A stretch of DNA of 64,000 nt. Source: Spirochaetia bacterium (GTDB lineage: Bacteria; Spirochaetota; Spirochaetia; SZUA-6; Bin103). This document shows positions 58,744-64,000 of the stretch, piece by piece (position 1 is the first letter of the stretch; each line of letters starts with the position of its first letter). Below the pieces are notes generated by a model. That model searched no databases. It saw nothing but the letters and a program-made list of their open reading frames with translations, and had not been told where the DNA came from. The DNA is taken from NCBI GenBank assembly GCA_965199955.1, contig CBDATQ010000001.1, positions 1,536,001 through 1,600,000 of the forward strand, written 5' to 3'. The position numbers were made by a program, and so were the translations under genes.

Positions 58744-59532
58744 ATGCGAGTTCCGGACTTCCAGCGCAGCTTCCTGACCTTCACCAGCGACGACGACCGC
58801 AAGCAGTCGAGGACCAGATCGCACGCCGCGCCCTACCGGTTCAACGCGGCGCGCATCCAGCTCGAAAGCGTATGCACGCTCACCGGCGCCGGCGGCGCGA
58901 CCCAGCGCTACGTGCTCGGCGCCTCCTGCAAGAGCGAGGTCGTCGGGCGCGACCGCGACCTGTGGCTGCACCCCAACGCCGACTTCTGCCCGGTGGCCAG
59001 CGACTCGGAGATCCTCATCCTGAAGAGCTGGATCACCAACCAGACCGAGGTGATGCTGGAGCCGCCGACGCTGGGGCGCCAGCCGGAGCGGCAGGTCGGC
59101 CTGACCGCGGATCTGTTCGCCGACTTCGAGATCCGAGTGATGGAGGCCGAAGGTGAGGTGCTGGACTCGACCGAGCGCATCATCGAGGCCACCTACGCGC
59201 AGCGTCCGCTGGTGGCGCGCCTGCAATACGACGATGCCGGCTACCGGGTCTGCATCGACCATCCGGTCAAGACCATGAACGTCAACCCGCGCGACGGCGT
59301 GTTCCAGACCGACACCGGCCCGATCCTGCTGCCGGACTTCGCGCGCGAGCGTGATCAGGGCCTGTTGGTGTCGGCGTTCGAGCTGGCGTTCGCGGCATTC
59401 AACCGGCCATCGTTCGCCGAAGTGGTGATCCGCCGGCCGACGCCGGTCACCGAGGACGGGACAGTCACGGCCAACTACTACGAGGAGACCAGGAGGATCG
59501 ACGCGATGGACAACCGGGTGCTGGCGCTATGA
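58744..59532 (+). CDS. Hypothetical protein
   Basis: 263-codon ORF with GC-biased third positions, overlapping the PhyH gene start; motifs GASCKSE and QTDTGP. Confidence 0.75.
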   Translation: MRVPDFQRSFLTFTSDDDRKQSRTRSHAAPYRFNAARIQLESVCTLTGAGGATQRYVLGASCKSEVVGRDRDLWLHPNADFCPVASDSEILILKSWITNQTEVMLEPPTLGRQPERQVGLTADLFADFEIRVMEAEGEVLDSTERIIEATYAQRPLVARLQYDDAGYRVCIDHPVKTMNVNPRDGVFQTDTGPILLPDFARERDQGLLVSAFELAFAAFNRPSFAEVVIRRPTPVTEDGTVTANYYEETRRIDAMDNRVLAL

Positions 59533-60365
59533 GCCGCTCCGCGATCAAGGGGGGGACGGGGTTCGACGCGGAGCGGACGCAAGAGATCCTGGCCGACTTC
59601 CGCCGCGAAGGGTACTGCGTGATCGGCGGCGTGCTCGACTCCGACGAGGTCGCGGCGCTCCGCGATGCGACCGACCACTACATGGACGACGAGGCGGCGA
59701 TGGCCCATGGCTACGTGGAGCGCGACCACATGCTGCGCCACACCAACGAGCTGGATCCGATTTTCCTGGACCTGCTCGTACGCGAGCCGATCTACAGCCT
59801 GATGGAGACGCTGTTCGGCGAGAACTTCCAGCAGTGCGGCGCGAACGTGCTGCGCTCGGGCCGCGGCGTGGCGATCGAGCACTGGCACGTGGACGACGGC
59901 CTGTTCTTTCCGCTCCCGGACGACGTGCCACGCCACGATCCGCGCATTCTGATGCCCGTCTACTGGCTCACCGTGCAGATGGCGCTGAGCGACATCGAGC
60001 GGATCGAGCACGGCCCGACGCAGTACGTGCCGGGCAGCCACTACTCGGGCCGCAACGCGCCGGACAACGGGACCCCGGAGTTCGAAGGGCGGGGGCCCGA
60101 GTCCATCTACTGCAAGGCCGGCGACATCTACCTGCACGACCCGCAGTGCTGGCACCGCGGCGCGCCCAACAATTCCGACCGGGTGCGCTACCTGCTGCAG
60201 TCGCAGTACGGAGCGAGCTGGGGCTTCCACCGCTACAACGCCTACATCTGCCACAGCATGCCCGAGCGGCTGCTGGACGGCGCCGACAAGCGCCTGCTGG
60301 GCCTGATCGGCCCGCAACGCCGCCACCCCGAGCAGCGCTACGTGACCGACGACTACCTCGATTAG
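59529..60365 (+). CDS. Phytanoyl-CoA dioxygenase-family Fe/2OG enzyme
   Basis: WHVD, GPTQYVPGSH, AGD, WHRG.PN.SDR.R. Confidence 0.92.
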   Translation: MSRSAIKGGTGFDAERTQEILADFRREGYCVIGGVLDSDEVAALRDATDHYMDDEAAMAHGYVERDHMLRHTNELDPIFLDLLVREPIYSLMETLFGENFQQCGANVLRSGRGVAIEHWHVDDGLFFPLPDDVPRHDPRILMPVYWLTVQMALSDIERIEHGPTQYVPGSHYSGRNAPDNGTPEFEGRGPESIYCKAGDIYLHDPQCWHRGAPNNSDRVRYLLQSQYGASWGFHRYNAYICHSMPERLLDGADKRLLGLIGPQRRHPEQRYVTDDYLD

Positions 60366-60639
60366 AACGGGGAATCCGCTCGAACTCGCCGTCATCCCTC
60401 GGAATGGCGAGCAACAGGTCGGCGAACGTCGGCGAGCGCCGGCTCAAGATCGTCGTCACGAGTTGCTGAGGAGTCTGGGCGTCGGAGTCGAGGACGAGAT
60501 CGGTAGCGCGCAGAGGGTCGAGACGAGCCGCGAACTCTTCGTTGTTCCTTCTCAAGAAGCCCGGGGACCGTGAGAGCGACCTTCCGGAGTCCCCTTGTAC
60601 CCGGCGACATGCCACGTCATGGGAGACGAGCAGGGTCAC

Positions 60640-61270
60640 GAACAAGGGGCTTCCAGACCACGTGAGCGCATCGAGAAACGGATCAGGCTAGTTCCTGTCC
60701 GGTAACCGCCGGTTTGAGAGAGGGAGCCAGCGGGGAGCGCCTGTAGGGGGCTTGCCGGGCATGTGAGTTGACCGTAGATCCACGACGACGGCGTCATGTC
60801 GGCCGGCTCCAGACCACTCTTCTTGTGGAACACCACGTGCTCCACCCCCAACTCCTTGGCGTCGCTCAGATTCTGCTTCGAGGCATAGCCTCCATCGAAC
60901 GCTGCGCGCTGCGGCGGTTCACCGAAGGCCTCCACGTGCCGCCTCAGCATCGGCAGGCAGCGCGTGCTATCGGCAGGGTCAATCTGCGGCGCTTGGAATA
61001 CACTTGGTTGTTCGGTGCGTGTCGTGCGCATTGGGCTCTCCGGGTGTTTCGGTTGTTTCGTGGATTTGCACCAGCGATGATAACCAAAACACCCTTTCTT
61101 CAACCCACCAAACCATCAATTCACTCCTGATCAACGACTTGTGAGTTTGCGGACAGGAACCAGGATACGGGACAATGTGGCGAGTTCGATGAGTGTTCCG
61201 GCGGGTGAGGTCAAGGAGAGACTGTCTCTCATAGTAGATAGAAGGAACAAGATTGCGCATGAGGCGGACA
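60640..61270 (+). pseudogene. HEPN-domain protein remnant, split by the ISNCY derivative
   Basis: 61161-61270 reads VASSMSVPAGEVKERLSLIVDRRNKIAHEADI (RxxxxH motif). A degenerate GFQ..ERIEKRIRL lies on the other side of the IS. Confidence 0.6.
60691..61160 (-). mobile_element. Internally deleted ISNCY-type element (470 bp, both TIRs)
   Basis: GTTCCTGTCCG...CGGACAGGAAC; flanks CAGGCTA/CAGGATA. ORF MRTTRTEQPSVFQAPQID|PADSTRCLPM..AFDGGYAS..FHKK. Confidence 0.82.
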
Positions 61271-61335
61271 TACGAAAGATTCACGCTCTGGAACTTCGGA
61301 TTAGTCCGAAGTTCCAGAGCGTGAATCTCTCGTAA
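61270..61335. repeat. Palindrome formed by two head-to-head IS1634 left ends
   Basis: TACGAAAGATTCACGCTCTGGAACTTCGG-ATTAGT-CCGAAGTTCCAGAGCGTGAATCTCTCGTA, 29-bp arms with one mismatch. Confidence 0.9.
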
Positions 61336-63295
61336 CTTCATTGACAGAAATTAGTTGCAAGGTGATCTGCGTGCTGATTGGCGTCGTTTCGTGTCCATGT
61401 AGATGGTGGTGAATAGCGGCGAGATACATGCTATTTGATCTTGACATATCGTGACTTGTGTGTATTCTGTTGCCACAGATCAGTAGTCATGTACATCGAG
61501 TCTGTCCCCAACCGCTCCTCTCCCCCTGCCATCCTGCTCCGCGAGTCCTACCGCGAGCACGGCAAGGTCAAGAAGCGCACGCTCGCGAACCTCTCCAAAT
61601 GGCCCCCTGATCTGGTCGACGGCTTGCGCACCCTGCTCAAGGGCGGCCACGCCTTCGCCTCGGTCTCGGATGCGTTGCTGCTCACGCGCTCGCTGCCCCA
61701 CGGCCACGTCGCCGCCGTGCTGGGCATCCTCAAGCAGCTCGGACTCCATACCCTCATCGCCCGCAAGGCCAGCCGCTCGCGCGAGCTGATCATCGCCATG
61801 ATCACCGCCCGCGTCATCGACGCGCAGTCCAAACTGGCCACCGCCCGCGCGCTCTCACCGCCCAGCGCCGTGTCCACCCTGGGCGAGTCGCTGCGGTTGG
61901 GGGAGGTCGATGAGAACGAGCTCTACGAGGCGATGGACTGGTTGGTCGGGCGCCAGGCGGCGATCGAGGACCGCCTGGCCGAACAGCACCTCAGCGAGCA
62001 CACGCTGGTGCTCTACGACGTGAGCTCGACCTACTTCGAGGGCAGCCACTGCGAGCTGGCGCAGTTGGGACACAGCCGTGACGGCAAGTCGGGCACGCTG
62101 CAGATCGTGTTCGGGCTGCTGTGCACCCAGGAAGGCTGTCCGGTGGCGGTGGAGGTATTCCCTGGCTCTACCGCCGACCCGAAGACGGTGAGCGCGCAGG
62201 TGGACAAGATCCGCACCCGCTTCGGGCTCACGCGGGTGGTGCTGGTCGGCGACCGCGGGATGCTGAGCGCGGCGAGGATCCGCGAGGACCTGCAAGAGGT
62301 GGAGGGGCTGCGCTGGATCACCACGCTGCGCGCGCCGACGATCCGCAAGCTGGTGGCCGCCGGCGAGGTGGCGCCGTCGTTGTTCGACGAGCGCGACCTG
62401 GCCGAGATCACCAGCGAGGAGTTTCCGGGCGAGCGGCTGATCGTGTGCCGCAACCCGTTGCTGGCCGACGAACGGGAGCGCAAGCGCCAGGAGCTGCTAC
62501 AGGCCACCGAGCAGAAGCTGGCCCCGATCGCTCAGGCCACCCAGCGCGTCCATCAGCCGCTACGGGGCGAGGCCGAGATCGGCATGCGGGTCGGCAAGGT
62601 GATCAATCACTACAAGGTGGGCAAGCACTTCGTGACCGAGATCACCTCCGAGTCGTTCAGCTTTCGGCGCGATGAGGCCAAGATCGACGCCGAGCAGGCG
62701 CTGGACGGGCTGTACATCGTGCGCAGCAACGTGGAGCCGCAGGTGCTCGACGCGGCGCAGACGGTGCGCGCCTACAAGGGGCTGTCGAAGGTGGAGCGGG
62801 CGTTTCGGTGCATGAAGTCCGTGGACCTGAAGGTGCGCCCGATTCACCACCGGCGCGCCGATCGGGTGCGGGCGCACGTGCTGCTGTGCATGCTGGCCTA
62901 CTACGTGGAGTGGCACATGCGGCGCTCGCTGGCGCCGTTGCTGTTCGACGATCACGATCGACAGGGCGCCGAGCGCAAGCGGGTCTCCGAAGTGGCGCCG
63001 GCGCAGCGATCGGCGGCCGCGGCGGCCAAGGCGTCGAGCAAGCGCACCGAGGACGGGTTGCCGGTGCAGCTTTCGCACGCTGATCACTGAGCTGGGCACG
63101 CTGACGGCGAACACGATGCAGGTTGCAGAGGGCGGCAGCACGTTCACGCTGCACACGCACCCGACGCCGGTTCAGCAGCGCTGTTTCGAGCTGCTTGGGG
63201 TCACGCCCCGCATGTAGCCATGCACAGGAACCTGCACCATTGAGAAACTACCCTGACCACAAGGACTTCAGGCAATTTCGCTCCTGGAACTTCGG
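61306..63295 (+). mobile_element. IS1634-family element, copy 3
   Basis: Same TIRs as copy 2. Perfect 6-bp target duplication ATTAGT (61300-61305 and 63296-63301). Confidence 0.96.
61489..63217 (+). pseudogene. IS1634 transposase with a 2-bp deletion near 63068 (premature stop at 63090)
   Basis: Near-identical to 8220-9950; GTGCACAGC has become GTGCAGC. Confidence 0.9.
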
Positions 63296-63346
63296 ATTAG
63301 TTGCTCTACGGTGCCGCTCCAGGAGGATTCCAGGAGAGAGAATTAC

Positions 63347-63682
63347 ATGAGAGAAAGAGCTTCATTGGTTGCGGCGATCGTAGTGGTGCTAAGCGGCTGT
63401 GACAGCATGAAGCCGGACCCGATGCCCATGGCACCGAGCCTTGACGGCACGTGGTATTTTGCCGGCTTTGCGGCGACGATCGCCGGGGAGAGTGTCACGG
63501 TGACAGTCGGCGACGGGACGACGTCGATGGCCGGCGCGGTCATGATCACCGTCGACGCGGACGCCGACCCCAACACCATTACGGTCGCGGGCTCGTTCAT
63601 CGTCGCGCTGTCGAGCGCCTTCGCGCCGCAGCCGGTGACCCAGGTGGTCGGCTGCAAGGGTACCCCGTGCATGGCCCCGTAG
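63347..63682 (+). CDS. Small putative lipoprotein (possibly internally deleted)
   Basis: RBS, MRERASLVAAIVVVLSGC lipobox, LDGTW. Confidence 0.5.
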   Translation: MRERASLVAAIVVVLSGCDSMKPDPMPMAPSLDGTWYFAGFAATIAGESVTVTVGDGTTSMAGAVMITVDADADPNTITVAGSFIVALSSAFAPQPVTQVVGCKGTPCMAP

Positions 63683-63689
63683 CCGGGGT

Positions 63690-64000
63690 TCAGTAGCGCA
63701 CGACGAGTTGCGCGAGCACGTTGTCCTTGGCGTCGTCCCGGCCCAGCAGGCCGGAGGCGGCGCCGGGATTCCACTCGAACCACAGATTGGCGCCGGCCGC
63801 GGCCGAGACGTGGTCGCTCAAACGCAGCCCGGCGCGCGGCGCCAGGTGGAGCGCCCGCTCCGTGATCCCCCACGCGCCGATCACGCCGACGCTCAGCGTC
63901 TCCCGGAACAGGCTGGTGTCGAGTCGGCCGACCAGGTAGACCGTGGACGGCTCCTCCTGGAGCAGGTAGAAGTCGCGGAGCGCGACGACGACGTTCTCCA
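63690..64000 (-). CDS. Putative outer-membrane beta-barrel protein, C-terminal part (runs off the window)
   Basis: Open frame to the window edge, alternating beta-strands, ends DNVLAQLVVRY. Confidence 0.55.
   Translation of the reverse strand, partial: ENVVVALRDFYLLQEEPSTVYLVGRLDTSLFRETLSVGVIGAWGITERALHLAPRAGLRLSDHVSAAAGANLWFEWNPGAASGLLGRDDAKDNVLAQLVVRY

Noticed and set aside
60362..60600. Antitoxin-like tail (TFADLLLAIPRDDGEFER) on the minus strand
   Set aside because: Probably another fused remnant, but too short and lacking a clear start or stop to call.
8036..63295. Composite transposon bounded by IS1634 copies 2 and 3
   Set aside because: Each copy has its own target duplication (G/CTTAGG versus ATTAGT), indicating independent insertions, and the cargo includes housekeeping genes.

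Overview
High-GC bacterial window showing strong genome decay. The gene repertoire (sulfatase-like, PhyH, sugar-acid dehydratases, many TA remnants, Ig-repeat lipoprotein) is reminiscent of host-associated symbionts, but taxonomy cannot be established from this sequence. It carries three IS1634 copies plus remnants of IS630, ISNCY-type, IS1595-like and integrase-core IS elements, an hsdR fragment and many broken toxin-antitoxin/HEPN genes. A polyamine-utilisation cluster (LuxR regulator, potFGHI, aminotransferase scar, amidohydrolase) has collapsed through deletions. Apparently intact genes include ppc, leuA with a classical Leu attenuator, a MoxR-Bat operon (one frameshift), znuACB-zur and several sugar-acid catabolic genes. 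The most notable locus is 23.5-32.7 kb: a His-rich ArsP/SO_0444-type metal permease fused to an HflK-like SPFH domain, followed by hflC, hflK and a solute-binding protein. It shares back-to-back promoters and a Fur-family box with the zinc uptake operon, and is a candidate SPFH-caged metal transport system. No rRNA, tRNA or CRISPR array was seen. All family assignments come from motif recognition by eye; no searches were run.
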